From Deinococcus sp. (lineage in GTDB: Bacteria; Deinococcota; Deinococci; Deinococcales; Deinococcaceae): DNA of 64,000 bases. The DNA lies in NCBI RefSeq assembly GCF_965247185.1, contig NZ_CBDFHA010000001.1, positions 50,215-114,214 on the forward strand, written 5' to 3'. Shown piece after piece: positions 35,836 to 45,104 of this stretch; the stretch's first letter is position 1; the number at the start of each line of letters is the position of its first letter. The translations under genes were made by a program, and so were the position numbers. Below the pieces are notes generated by a model that had not been told where the DNA came from, made no database searches, and saw nothing but the letters and a program-made list of their open reading frames with translations.

Positions 35836-38800
35836 CTAGAAACAGACCCGGTCGCGGCCAGAGTTTTTGGCCTCGTACAGCTTGGTATCGGCGCGCGCGA
35901 TCAGGCGCTCGTGGTTGGGAACATTGAGGTCGGAGACCACGCCGATGGAGAGCGTCACTTGGAGGCCGGGATGCACCTGATCCCAGCCGTAGCCGCGCAC
36001 GGCGGCCTGAATCCGCTCGCAGACCCGGCGTCCCTGCTCCAGCGTGGTGCCGGGAAAGACGAACAGGAACTCCTCGCCGCCGTAGCGCCCCACCGCGTCG
36101 CTGGGGCGGCAGGTCTGGGTAAAAATCTGCGCCACCAGCCGCAGCACCTGATCGCCGACCAGATGAGAAAAGCGGTCGTTGATGAGCTTGAAGTGGTCGA
36201 GATCGACCATGGCGATGCACAGGAGCTGAGCCGACGATTTCTGCTGCCAGAACTCGTGCTGCAAGAGGCCCTCGATGTGCTTGCGGTTGTACAGCCCGGT
36301 CAGGCCGTCCTCGGAGAGCTGGCGCTGGAGCAGCTTGGACTGGCTCTCCAGCATGTTCACCAGGCCGCTCTTCTCGACGTTGGCCCGTGCCAGGGCCTCG
36401 TTGGCGCTGGCGAGTTCGATGCTGCGCAGCTTGTAGATCTGGGCGTCCGACTGTGCCCGCTCGACTTCGAGCTGTACCATCAGCGCCCGCGTCTTCAAGG
36501 AGGCTTCCTGATTGAAGATGTCCAGCTCGACGGCGTGATGCCGGCGGTAGTAGTCCAGCGCGCGCTCGGCGTCCCCGGCGGCAGCGCTCAGTTCCGAGAG
36601 ACTGCGGTAGGCCTGCATCTCCAGCTCCTTGACGCTCAGCTCCTGTGCCAAGCCCAGCGCGGCCAGGTAGTCCTGCTGGGCCTGCGGGTTGCCGCGTTTC
36701 TGACGGACCTGCCCGAGTTCGTACAGACTCCAGGCCCTCATCTGCTGGTATCCGGCCTCGCTGGCATAGATCAGTGCCCGCTGCTGCAAGGTTTCGGCCA
36801 GTTCGTCCTGGCCCAGTCGGCTGTGGGCCTTGCCCGCCGTGGACTGGGCCAGCGCCTCGATGTAGGGCTGGGCGTGACTGCGGGCCTGCTGCGCGGCGCG
36901 GTCAGCCAGCCGGATGCACAGCTCGTCGTCGCCCTGTTCAAAGGCCAGCTCGGCGTGGGTGCCCAGCGCCTTGGTCTCGCCCACCATGTCGCCGATCTCG
37001 CGGTAGACCGTCAGGCTCTCGACCAGGTAGCTGCTGGCCTTGTCCAGCGAGCGGCTGTCCTTGCTGACGATGGCCAGGTTGTGCAGACAGTGGGCCTCGC
37101 GTTGCCGGTTTTGCTGTTCGCGGGCGATCCGCAGCACCGTGGAAAGCTGATCCAGGGCCTTATCGTAGTCCGAGAGCGCGTTGTAGACCCCGGCCATGAA
37201 GTTGGCGCAGTCGGCCTGAAGGCTCAATTGACCGTGGGCGACGCCGATGTCCAGGCCACGGACAAAGTGCCCCAGCGCCTGTTCGAAGGCCGACGACATG
37301 AAGCGGAAAAACCCGACGTTGCGGTGTGCCAGACCCAACAGCAATTCGTCGCCGCCTTTCTCGGCGCGGCGCAGAGCTTCCTCGGCCAGTTCCTCGGCCT
37401 CTTTGGGCTGGCTCTGTCGCAGGTGCCAGGCCCGCTCGATCAGCTCGGCCAACAGATGATCGCTGGCCGGCAGCGGCAAGCTGGACGGCGGCTGGCGCTC
37501 CGGCAGCGTCAGCGCCGACGCGCGCGGCTGAAACAGCCCTTCGAGCGAGCTGAGGTTGGAGGTGATCAGGGCGGTGAGGGAGGTGATGAGCTGCGGATCG
37601 AACTGCATGCCCGACTGAGTCTGCATCTCGCGCAGCGCTTCTTCCACGCTCCAGGCCGGTTTGTAGAGCCGCGCGGTGGTCAGCGCGTCGAAGACGTCGG
37701 CCACCGCCACCACCCGGCCCGACACCGGAATGGCCTCGCCCGCCAGCCCTTTGGGGTAGCCGCGCCCGTCCCAGCGCTCGTGGTGGGTGCGGGCGATCTC
37801 CTCGGCCATCTGGAGCAGCGGCGCGGTGCTGCCTTCCAGCACCTTGGCCCCGATGACCGTATGGGTCTTCATGCGCTCGAATTCCTCGGGGGTGTAGCGC
37901 CCCGGCTTCAGCAGCACGCTGTCGGGCACGCCGATCTTGCCGATATCGTGCAGCCGCGCCGCCCAGCGGATCAGATCGACCGTCTCGGGCGGCAGCCCGA
38001 TGGCCTGGGCCAGGTGGCCCGCCAGCTCGCCGACCCGCCTGGTGTGCTGGCCGGTCTCGTCGTCGCGGTACTCGGAGGCCATGCCCAGCCGGGTGACCAG
38101 CTCGATCTGGGCGGCCTCCAGCTCGGCGGTTCTGACCCGCACGGTCTCCTCGGCCTGAAGGCGGGCGGCCTGCGAGACCTCGCCCATCTTGCGGTACATG
38201 TCGGCCTCGTGACGCGCCCGTTCGGCCTCGAAGCGGGCCGTCAGGGTCTGGACCCGGCGCTCGCCATTCTCGTCGAACAACTTGCCGGCCAGCTCCTGAT
38301 AGGCGCGCAGATGCTGGAAGGCCGTCGCCAGATCGCCGACCTCCTCGAAGCCCAGATACAGCGCCTGGTGCAGCTCCAGCGCCGACTGCCGCAGGTTGTG
38401 CGACAGCGCGGTGTCCAGCGCCTCTTGCAGCAGCGCCCTCGCCGCGTCGATGGCCCCCTGTTTGAAGCGCAGGCGTCCCAGACTGAGCTGGGCGTTGACC
38501 CGGCCCTGGAGGTCGCCGGTCTCCAGCGACTGCCGCAGCGATTGTCCGAACAGCTCGTCGGCCTGCGCGTCGTCGCCCATGTCGCTGTAGACCTGGCCCA
38601 GGTTGTCGGTCAGGTCGATCAGTTCCTGCGGATTGGAGGTCTGGGCCAGCCGCAGGCCGCGCGTCAGGGTCTCGACGGCCAGCGAGTACTGCCCCTGGGC
38701 CTTGTAGACCAGCCCGAGCTGGCTGAGGGCCGAGAGCTGGGTGTCGATGTCTCCGCTCTGCACCGACAGCTCCAGGCCGGGCAACAGATAATCGAGCGCC

Positions 38801-39291
38801 TGAGTAAACTGGCGCAGCGACAGGTAGGTGTGCCCGATATTGACCAGGCAGGCGGCGCGCAGTTCGGCGGGCACGTCGGCATACTGCATCGAGAGCTGCT
38901 GGCACTGGAACAGCGTGGTGAGCGCCTCGGCGTGGTCGCCCAGCGTGGCGTACAGCAGCCCCAGATTGCTCAGGCACTCGACCTCGCCCACCCAGTCGCC
39001 CAGCCGCGCGCGCACCTCGACCTCCTGACGCAGCAGTTCCAGCGCCCGCAGATACTGGCCCCGGCGCTGTTCGGCGGTGATGGCATACGACAGCCCTTCG
39101 GCCAGGGCCGCGTCGTCGCCGCGCTCGGCGGCCAGCGCCAGGAGTCTGGCCGCCACCTCGGCCAGCGCGTCGTCATTGCCCTGGGCGCGCAGGTCGCGGG
39201 CCTTCTGGGCCAACGCCTGCAACGTCTCCGACAGGCCGGAGCGCTCGGCTGCGCGCGACTCCAGGGGCGGTGGATGGTCGGCCTGGGTCAT
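35836..39291 (-). CDS. 1151-aa TPR / HD-GYP / TPR / GGDEF multidomain c-di-GMP turnover protein
   Basis: The HD-GYP part is RLHDIGKIGVPDSVLLK ... HHERWDGRGYPKGL. The C-terminal GGDEF domain is MVDLDHFKLINDRFSHLVGD ... RPSDAVGRYGGEEFLF, with both the RxxD I-site and GGEEF intact. TPR-like repeats precede both catalytic domains. The start forms an ATGA overlap with the upstream gene. Confidence 0.85.
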   Translation of the reverse strand: MTQADHPPPLESRAAERSGLSETLQALAQKARDLRAQGNDDALAEVAARLLALAAERGDDAALAEGLSYAITAEQRRGQYLRALELLRQEVEVRARLGDWVGEVECLSNLGLLYATLGDHAEALTTLFQCQQLSMQYADVPAELRAACLVNIGHTYLSLRQFTQALDYLLPGLELSVQSGDIDTQLSALSQLGLVYKAQGQYSLAVETLTRGLRLAQTSNPQELIDLTDNLGQVYSDMGDDAQADELFGQSLRQSLETGDLQGRVNAQLSLGRLRFKQGAIDAARALLQEALDTALSHNLRQSALELHQALYLGFEEVGDLATAFQHLRAYQELAGKLFDENGERRVQTLTARFEAERARHEADMYRKMGEVSQAARLQAEETVRVRTAELEAAQIELVTRLGMASEYRDDETGQHTRRVGELAGHLAQAIGLPPETVDLIRWAARLHDIGKIGVPDSVLLKPGRYTPEEFERMKTHTVIGAKVLEGSTAPLLQMAEEIARTHHERWDGRGYPKGLAGEAIPVSGRVVAVADVFDALTTARLYKPAWSVEEALREMQTQSGMQFDPQLITSLTALITSNLSSLEGLFQPRASALTLPERQPPSSLPLPASDHLLAELIERAWHLRQSQPKEAEELAEEALRRAEKGGDELLLGLAHRNVGFFRFMSSAFEQALGHFVRGLDIGVAHGQLSLQADCANFMAGVYNALSDYDKALDQLSTVLRIAREQQNRQREAHCLHNLAIVSKDSRSLDKASSYLVESLTVYREIGDMVGETKALGTHAELAFEQGDDELCIRLADRAAQQARSHAQPYIEALAQSTAGKAHSRLGQDELAETLQQRALIYASEAGYQQMRAWSLYELGQVRQKRGNPQAQQDYLAALGLAQELSVKELEMQAYRSLSELSAAAGDAERALDYYRRHHAVELDIFNQEASLKTRALMVQLEVERAQSDAQIYKLRSIELASANEALARANVEKSGLVNMLESQSKLLQRQLSEDGLTGLYNRKHIEGLLQHEFWQQKSSAQLLCIAMVDLDHFKLINDRFSHLVGDQVLRLVAQIFTQTCRPSDAVGRYGGEEFLFVFPGTTLEQGRRVCERIQAAVRGYGWDQVHPGLQVTLSIGVVSDLNVPNHERLIARADTKLYEAKNSGRDRVCF
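35839..36324 (-). other. GGDEF domain of the 1151-aa protein (approximate)
   Basis: About aa 990-1151: LTGLYNRKHIEG...DLDHFKLIND...GGEEF...SIGV. Confidence 0.75.
37597..38109 (-). other. HD-GYP domain of the 1151-aa protein (approximate)
   Basis: About aa 395-565: SEYRDDETGQHTRRV...HDIGK...HHERWDGRGYP...DVFDALT. Confidence 0.75.
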
Positions 39292-41282
39292 GGTCGAGAG
39301 CCTCCTGGCTCGTCATGCTGGGTCTTGGAGAGGTCGGCGGGCGGCGGGGCGGCGCTGCCGCTTTCCAGCCGTTCCAGCGCCAAGCGCAGCAGCTCCGAGG
39401 GCTGCGCGGCCTCATCCGGCGAGCTGGCATGCCCCAGCCGCAGGGAGTCGGCGGCGGGCTGCTCCCGCATGAGCCGGGCTGCCAGCGCGTCGAGCCGGGA
39501 GATCATGGCTCCCTGCTCTCCCGGCTCGTGCGAGCGTACCAGCGTGACCAGCAGCGCGCCGCCCAGCCGGTAGACCCGGTCCTCCAGCCGTAGGGCGGCG
39601 CGCAACTCGCCGGCCAGCGCCCGGATCAGGTCGTTGCCCGCCGCAAAGCCCAGCCGGGCATTGAGCGTCCTGATGTCGGCGATCTCGAAGAGGCTCAGGG
39701 TCAGGGCGCTGCGGTGGCGCTGGCTGTACGACAATTCGCTGCTCAGGTCGCTCAGCAGCGCGCGGCGGTTGGGCAACTCGGTCAGCTCGTCGTTCAGGGC
39801 CGCCCGCTCGATCATCAGGGTCTGGCGCTGGCGTTCAAAGGCCAGCCCGAAGGCGTGCGCCCCCGCCTCCAGCAGCCCCAGATGGCCACCCTCTACCTGG
39901 ATGGAGGGCGAAGAGCTGTCCGCGACGCCGGGCGTTTCCAGGTACAGCGCGTGGACTTCGGGCAGTCCCGACCCGACCGGGATCAGCAGCACCTGGCCTC
40001 CCCCCGGCAACGGCGCGCTGCGGGTCGGAATGCGCGCCGGAATATGCAAGTGGGCCGCAGCGGGGGCGATATCCACTGAACGCAGCAGCAGGGCCGCGAC
40101 GGCGGCGGCGCTCGCCTCGCCTTGCAGCGCGCTGGTCAGTTCGCGCCCGTCCGGAGCGTGGGCGGCCACACAGCTCAGCCCGCCCGTCCGCAGTCGCCAC
40201 AGCGAGCAGGCTGGGGCACCCGCCAGCCGTGCCAGCCTGCTCAGGCCCAGCGACAGCACCTCGGACAGGCTCCCGGCCCCGGCCAAAGTCTGCGCCAGCT
40301 CGTAGAGTGCCTCCAGATCGGCGTTGGCCCGCGCCAATTCCAGCGTGCGCACCTGCACCCGTCCCTCCAGATCGGCGTTCAGGCTGCGGACCTCGCGCTC
40401 GGCCTCCTGACGCCGCTGAATCTCGCCGTTAAGCCGTAGCGCCGGATTGACCAGCCCCGCCACCGCGTCCAGAACCGATTTGACCTCCAGCGGCCAGCCG
40501 TTCGGGCCTGCCGCCCCCCAGAAGGCCAGCAGCGCCCACGGCCCCTCGGCAGCGTCTCCGGTGCCCAGCGGTACCAGGGCCAGGTCGTCACGGCTCGCCA
40601 GCGTGCGGCCCTCGGCGTGTACGCCCCCTGGCGGCAGGGCCAGGCCCGCCGAGGGGCCGGCGTGGGCGGGCCGCCCAGGGGCCGGGAGCGCCCACAGCGA
40701 GACCCCGCGCACGCCGTAGGTCTCGCGCAGCAGCTCATACACATCCGCAATGATACGCGCTGAATCGGTCACCTGAAGGATGCGCTGGGCCAGCCGGGTC
40801 AGCAGCCGCGCCTCGGGCGGCAAGCGCTTCAGGTGCGGCTGCGCAACATTGGCCGAGTCGGGCAGCGGGCAGCGGTAGCCCAGGCCGCGCACGGTCTCGA
40901 TGGCCTCCGGCCCCAGTTTGCTGCGCACCCGCTTGACGTAGGTGTCGATGACGCGGTCGTCTCCCCTGAACTCCAGCCCCCACAGCCGCTCCAGGATGTC
41001 GTCCCGGCTAAACAGCCGCCCGCGCGACACGAACAGCAGCTCGATCAGCAGGTATTCCTTGCTGGTCAGGGCGATCCTCTGGCCGTCCAAAAAGGCGCTA
41101 CGTTCCTGCGGGTCGATGTCCAGACTGTGTGACCCGCCAACCGAACGGCGCATCCGGGCCGCCGCGTCCGGCTGGCTCGGCGGAGTGGCCGTCTGGGCAG
41201 CGGCGATCACGCGGCGCGTCTCCAACATCCGTGGGTCTGAGCCGGGAGCGCCCGGTGCGTCCGCCTGGATGGTGCCAGCCAC
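39288..41282 (-). CDS. OmpR/PhoB-type winged-helix DNA-binding domain fused to GAF-like regions and a degenerate GGDEF domain
   Basis: Trans_reg_C-like N-terminus: LTSKEYLLIELLFVSRGRLFSRDDILERLWG...RVIDTYVKRVRSKL...VRGLGYRC. No receiver domain is seen. The C-terminus is GGDEF-like (LTELPNRRALL...), but GGDEF is replaced by GGALL while RLED (RxxD) sits 5 residues upstream. The start is uncertain (GTG at 41282 or an internal ATG). Confidence 0.7.
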   Translation of the reverse strand: MAGTIQADAPGAPGSDPRMLETRRVIAAAQTATPPSQPDAAARMRRSVGGSHSLDIDPQERSAFLDGQRIALTSKEYLLIELLFVSRGRLFSRDDILERLWGLEFRGDDRVIDTYVKRVRSKLGPEAIETVRGLGYRCPLPDSANVAQPHLKRLPPEARLLTRLAQRILQVTDSARIIADVYELLRETYGVRGVSLWALPAPGRPAHAGPSAGLALPPGGVHAEGRTLASRDDLALVPLGTGDAAEGPWALLAFWGAAGPNGWPLEVKSVLDAVAGLVNPALRLNGEIQRRQEAEREVRSLNADLEGRVQVRTLELARANADLEALYELAQTLAGAGSLSEVLSLGLSRLARLAGAPACSLWRLRTGGLSCVAAHAPDGRELTSALQGEASAAAVAALLLRSVDIAPAAAHLHIPARIPTRSAPLPGGGQVLLIPVGSGLPEVHALYLETPGVADSSSPSIQVEGGHLGLLEAGAHAFGLAFERQRQTLMIERAALNDELTELPNRRALLSDLSSELSYSQRHRSALTLSLFEIADIRTLNARLGFAAGNDLIRALAGELRAALRLEDRVYRLGGALLVTLVRSHEPGEQGAMISRLDALAARLMREQPAADSLRLGHASSPDEAAQPSELLRLALERLESGSAAPPPADLSKTQHDEPGGSRP
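39363..39800 (-). other. degenerate GGDEF domain with retained RxxD (approximate)
   Basis: About aa 495-640. The DxDxFKxIND region reads EIADIRTLNA, and the signature reads RLED-RVYRL-GGALL. Confidence 0.65.
40869..41129 (-). other. winged-helix (Trans_reg_C-like) DNA-binding domain (approximate)
   Basis: About aa 52-138 of the 39288-41282 product. Confidence 0.65.
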
Positions 41283-41489
41283 CCTGAATCCGGGAGGATC
41301 GGGGCCGCTAGCTTCGGTGGAGACGCGGGAGGAACGGTCATGGGGAGGGGCAGGGCGCTGGCTGGGAAGAGGTCTGACTTCGTCCGGCGCTCCGTGCTTA
41401 AAGTATGCTCATCAAGCCTGACAGAATCCCGACGAACGCTGAGCAGGCTCTGAGGCTTTAGTATACGGGCCACTGGCCCGGCTGTCGGC

Positions 41490-42341
41490 TCAGCCCTTCA
41501 TCCCCGTCAGGACGATGCCCTCGATGATCTGTTTCTGGAAGACCGCGAAGACGATCAAGACCGGGATGACCGCCAGGCTGCTGGCCGCCATGATCAAGCC
41601 CCACTGTGTTCCGGCCTCGCCGCTAAACAGCGCCACGCCCACCGGCAGCGTGCGGAACTCAGGCTTTTGGATCACCACCAGCGGCCACAAAAAGGCGTTG
41701 TAGTTGCCCAGGAAGGTGAAGATGGCGAGGCTGGCGAGCGCCGGACGCACCAGCGGCAGCGCCACCCGGCGAAAAATCTCGAACTCGCCCATACCGTCGA
41801 TACGGGCCGCCTCCAGCAGGTCGTTGGGCAGCGACTCGAAGAACTGCCGCATCAGGAAGACCCCGAAGGCGCTCATCAGGCCGGGAAACATGATGCTCAG
41901 GTAGGCTCCGGGCGTGCTGAGCGTCAGTTTCAGATGCACCACACTCACGTACCAGGGCAAAATCAGCATCTCGGTGGGAATCATCAGCGTCGCCAGGATC
42001 AGGATGAAGATCAGGTTTTTGCCGGGAAACTCGAACTTGGCCAGGGTATAGCCCGCCAGCGAGTCGAACAGCAGCACGCTGAGGGTGCTCAGGCCCGCCA
42101 CCAGCAGCGAATTACCGAACCACCGCAGGTACTCGGTCTTCTCGATCACCGTCTGGTAGTTGGCGGTGGTGGGACTCTGGGGCCAGAAGCCCAGGTTGAA
42201 CAGCTCGGCAAAGGGCTTGAGGCTGGTCAGCAGCATCCAGGCGAAGGGAAAGAGCGTGAGCGCCGCTCCGGCGAACAGCAGCAGATACAGCAGCCAGCGC
42301 AGGGCGGGCGAGCGGGGAACAGTTTGAACGGTCTGTGTCAT
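41490..42341 (-). CDS. carbohydrate ABC transporter permease (MalG-like, CUT1)
   Basis: 283 aa with 6 TM segments and the EAA loop EAARIDGMGEFEIFRRVALPLVRPAL. Confidence 0.85.
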   Translation of the reverse strand: MTQTVQTVPRSPALRWLLYLLLFAGAALTLFPFAWMLLTSLKPFAELFNLGFWPQSPTTANYQTVIEKTEYLRWFGNSLLVAGLSTLSVLLFDSLAGYTLAKFEFPGKNLIFILILATLMIPTEMLILPWYVSVVHLKLTLSTPGAYLSIMFPGLMSAFGVFLMRQFFESLPNDLLEAARIDGMGEFEIFRRVALPLVRPALASLAIFTFLGNYNAFLWPLVVIQKPEFRTLPVGVALFSGEAGTQWGLIMAASSLAVIPVLIVFAVFQKQIIEGIVLTGMKG

Positions 42342-42374
42342 CGGGAGGATTGGGTCATCGGGAAGGCCGGGTCA

Positions 42375-43289
42375 TCAGTAGTCGAAGCGCCGGGTCAGGA
42401 AGCGGAGCTGAAACAGCGTGATAAGCAGGATCAGCACGAACAGCACCACCGTCAGTGCGGCGGCGTAGCCCATCTCATAGCGCCCGAAGGCCATCTGGTA
42501 GATGTACACCGCTACCGACAGCGTGCTGCCCAGCGGCCCGCCTTGGTCGGTGAAGTTCAGATTCACGATCTGGGTGAACAGTTGCAGGTAGGCAATCGTC
42601 CCCGTGACCACGCTGAAAACGATGGTGGGATTGAGCAGCGGCAAGGTGATGCCGGTAAACAGCCGCCAGCCGCCCGCTCCGTCGAGGTCGGCGGCCTCGT
42701 ACAGGCTGCGCGGAATGGCGGCCAGGCCCGCCAGAAACAGCACGATCTGGAAGCCCAGGTTCTGCCAGACCACCAGTGCCGCCGTGGTCGGCAGCGCCTG
42801 TGCGGGCGAGGTCAGGAAGTTCTGCGGCGGCAGGTGCAGCCAGACCAGCAGGGTATTGACCGGCCCGAACTGCGGGCTGAACAGCCACTGCCAGACCCAG
42901 GCCGCCGCCACGACGGGCGTCACGTAGGGCAGGAAGTAGAGCGCCCGCAGCAGCCCCTGAAACAGCCGCACCCGGCTGAGCAGCAGCGCCACCCCCAGCC
43001 CCAGCACGATCTGGGCCGGAACGCCGATCAGGGTATACAGCGCAGTGTTCAGCAGCGCCTTGCCAAAAACGTCGTCGTGTAGCAGCCGCGAGTAGTTGTC
43101 CAGGCCGATGAAGGGAGAGGTGGTTTTCAGGATGCTGTACTTGAACAGGCTCAGCCGGAACGCACTGAGGGTCGGGAGCAGCCGCACGATCAGGAAGAAC
43201 AGCAGCGGCAACGCCAGAAAAGTGTAGGCGGTCAGGGTCTGCCGCTGCCGGATGCTCAGACCCCGGCGGCGGGCAGGAGCTGAGATCAT
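42375..43289 (-). CDS. carbohydrate ABC transporter permease (MalF-like, CUT1)
   Basis: I chose the start at 43289 (MISAPARRRGLSIRQRQTLTAYTFLALP), preceded by GGAG. The EAA loop is EAADLDGAGGWRLFTGITLPLLNP. Confidence 0.85.
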   Translation of the reverse strand: MISAPARRRGLSIRQRQTLTAYTFLALPLLFFLIVRLLPTLSAFRLSLFKYSILKTTSPFIGLDNYSRLLHDDVFGKALLNTALYTLIGVPAQIVLGLGVALLLSRVRLFQGLLRALYFLPYVTPVVAAAWVWQWLFSPQFGPVNTLLVWLHLPPQNFLTSPAQALPTTAALVVWQNLGFQIVLFLAGLAAIPRSLYEAADLDGAGGWRLFTGITLPLLNPTIVFSVVTGTIAYLQLFTQIVNLNFTDQGGPLGSTLSVAVYIYQMAFGRYEMGYAAALTVVLFVLILLITLFQLRFLTRRFDY

Positions 43290-43350
43290 ACGGACTCCAC
43301 TCGCTCCGCTCGGATTCTTTCCGAGGACAGGCCGGAAAGAACCGGGATGA

Positions 43351-44613
43351 TCACTTCTTGTAAAACCCGTCCAGAATCTTCTGCTCGTCGCTGGCAGCCT
43401 TTTTGATGGCGCTGGCCGGGTCGCCGCCCTGGAGCAGCACGGTATTGATGGCGTCCACCCAGGCCTTGCGCTGTCCGGCCTCGTCCACAAAGATGGTGCT
43501 GTATGCAAAGGGCAGGCTGTACACGAAGGGGCCGACCACCGGATCAGTCCTGAGCGTGCCGTCGCCCGCGAGCTTGCGGCTGGCGGGAATCTCGCCGACG
43601 TTCTTCAGCCAGTCGCGCTGGGTGTCTTCGCTGGTCAGGAACTTCAGGAACTTGATGCTGGCGTTCAGCTTGTCGCCGGTGGCGTTCTTGGTAATGCCGT
43701 TGACCCAGAACGAGCCGAAGTTGGCGCGCATGCCGCCCTGCCCCAGCACCGGCAGCGGCGTGACGCCCCAGTTGAACTTGGCCCCGGTGGTGATGGTGTT
43801 GATGGCAAACGAACCGTCCACGATCATGCCGACCTTGCCGGCAATAAAGGCGTCGCGGTAGCTGTTGTTGCCGGGAAAGAAGTTGGGCACCCCGAGCTTC
43901 TGCTTGGTCATCAGGTCGGTGTAGAAGGTCATGGCCTTGATCCCGGCGTCGCTGGCATAGGTCGCGGTCTTGCCGTCCTTGCTGTAGGGCTGCCCGCCGA
44001 ACTGCCGCACCAGCACCTCGCGCAGCACGTGGTAGTCCTGGCCGTCCGGCTGGATGCCAAAGCCCAGCGTGGTAAATCTGGGCGGCGCGCCCTTGACGAT
44101 CTTCTGGGCGTCGGCAATGAACTGCTCCCAGGTGTGCGGCGGCTGGGTGATGCCGGCGGCCTTGAACAGGTCTTTGTTGTAAAAGAGTGCCAGCGTGCGC
44201 ACAGCGGTGGGCAGCGCGTAGTACTTGCCGTTCGCCTTGCTGATCTTGACCATCGGCGCAAAACTGGCGTCGATCTGGGCGGTCGGGAAATCCTTCTCCG
44301 GGAGCGGCTGCAAGTACCCGCTGTCGAGGTACTGAGGCAGCCAGCCGTAATACAAGTTCACCACGTCCGGCCCCTGCCCGGTGGGAACGCTGGTGGCGAC
44401 CTTCTGGTTGTAGGCGTCGTAGGGAAAGTTCTCCTGCTTGACGGTGATGTCGGGGTTGGCGGCCTGAAACTTCTTGATCAGCGCGTTCATCTCGGTCACC
44501 TTGCTGGCGTAGTCGTACTGCCAGTAGGTGATGGTGACGGGGGCCGCCTGCGCCGCGTTCAGCAGGGCGGAGCCGGTCAGCAGGGCGGTCAGGGTCAGCA
44601 GGGTCTTGGACAT
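43351..44613 (-). CDS. carbohydrate ABC transporter substrate-binding protein (family 1)
   Basis: I chose the start at 44613 (MSKTLLTLTALLTGSALLNAAQA signal peptide), preceded by AAGGAG. SBP_bac_1-like: ITYWQYDYASK... Confidence 0.85.
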   Translation of the reverse strand: MSKTLLTLTALLTGSALLNAAQAAPVTITYWQYDYASKVTEMNALIKKFQAANPDITVKQENFPYDAYNQKVATSVPTGQGPDVVNLYYGWLPQYLDSGYLQPLPEKDFPTAQIDASFAPMVKISKANGKYYALPTAVRTLALFYNKDLFKAAGITQPPHTWEQFIADAQKIVKGAPPRFTTLGFGIQPDGQDYHVLREVLVRQFGGQPYSKDGKTATYASDAGIKAMTFYTDLMTKQKLGVPNFFPGNNSYRDAFIAGKVGMIVDGSFAINTITTGAKFNWGVTPLPVLGQGGMRANFGSFWVNGITKNATGDKLNASIKFLKFLTSEDTQRDWLKNVGEIPASRKLAGDGTLRTDPVVGPFVYSLPFAYSTIFVDEAGQRKAWVDAINTVLLQGGDPASAIKKAASDEQKILDGFYKK

Positions 44614-44831
44614 AAAACACTCCTTGAGGGCGGGAACGTAGCGCCACACTAGAGCATTTGACGAGAGAATGCTGCGCTTTCTGCATTTTTTTGGCCGAGC
44701 AAGGGCTTCTTTCCCTGATGAGTGGAAACCCTGCACCATCAGGAATGGAGGCGTTGGCGGCGCTGCAAGGCGAGGCCGTCATTCGCAGCACTGCTCGACG
44801 AATGTCCCTGAGCATCTTCTGTCACTAAGCA

Positions 44832-44877
44832 TCTTCCTTGACCTGGAGAACCCGGAGCGCCAACAGGACGCGTTGCC
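44832..44877 (+). repeat. dispersed repeat family, diverged copy with small insertions
   Basis: tcttccttgacctggagaacccggagcgccaacaggacgcgttgcc aligns to the 62489 copy with four short gaps (about 35 matched positions). Intergenic. Confidence 0.5.
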
Positions 44878-45104
44878 AGGTATTATTCCTGGGTAGTGGC
44901 TGCTGGGACGTGATAGAGCACAAGGATGCCTAGACGTTCAGGGTGTCAGTGCAAGCAACGGCTAAAGGATGAGCCAAGCGAGCAAGCCCAGCCAGGGGTT
45001 CTGCTACAAGCATTGTGATCGTCGGTTGCGTCTAGATGCCGGCTGCACCATCGCCTGAGTCCCCCCGCATTTCACGTCCATAAGACCACTTTCCGACAGC
45101 CATA

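Noticed and set aside
35833-39573. Very long plus-strand ORF (1246 aa) antisense to the TPR/HD-GYP/GGDEF gene. Similar long antisense ORFs occur at 1510-3096(-), 3063-4661(-), 7669-9777(-), 12483-13937(+), 33668-35659(+), 54559-55698(+) and 58982-61471(+).
   Set aside because: These are typical high-GC shadow ORFs. Their translations are Arg/Gly/Pro/Ala/Gln-rich low-complexity strings with no family motifs. The opposite-strand ORFs carry clear domain signatures, RBSs and operon overlaps.
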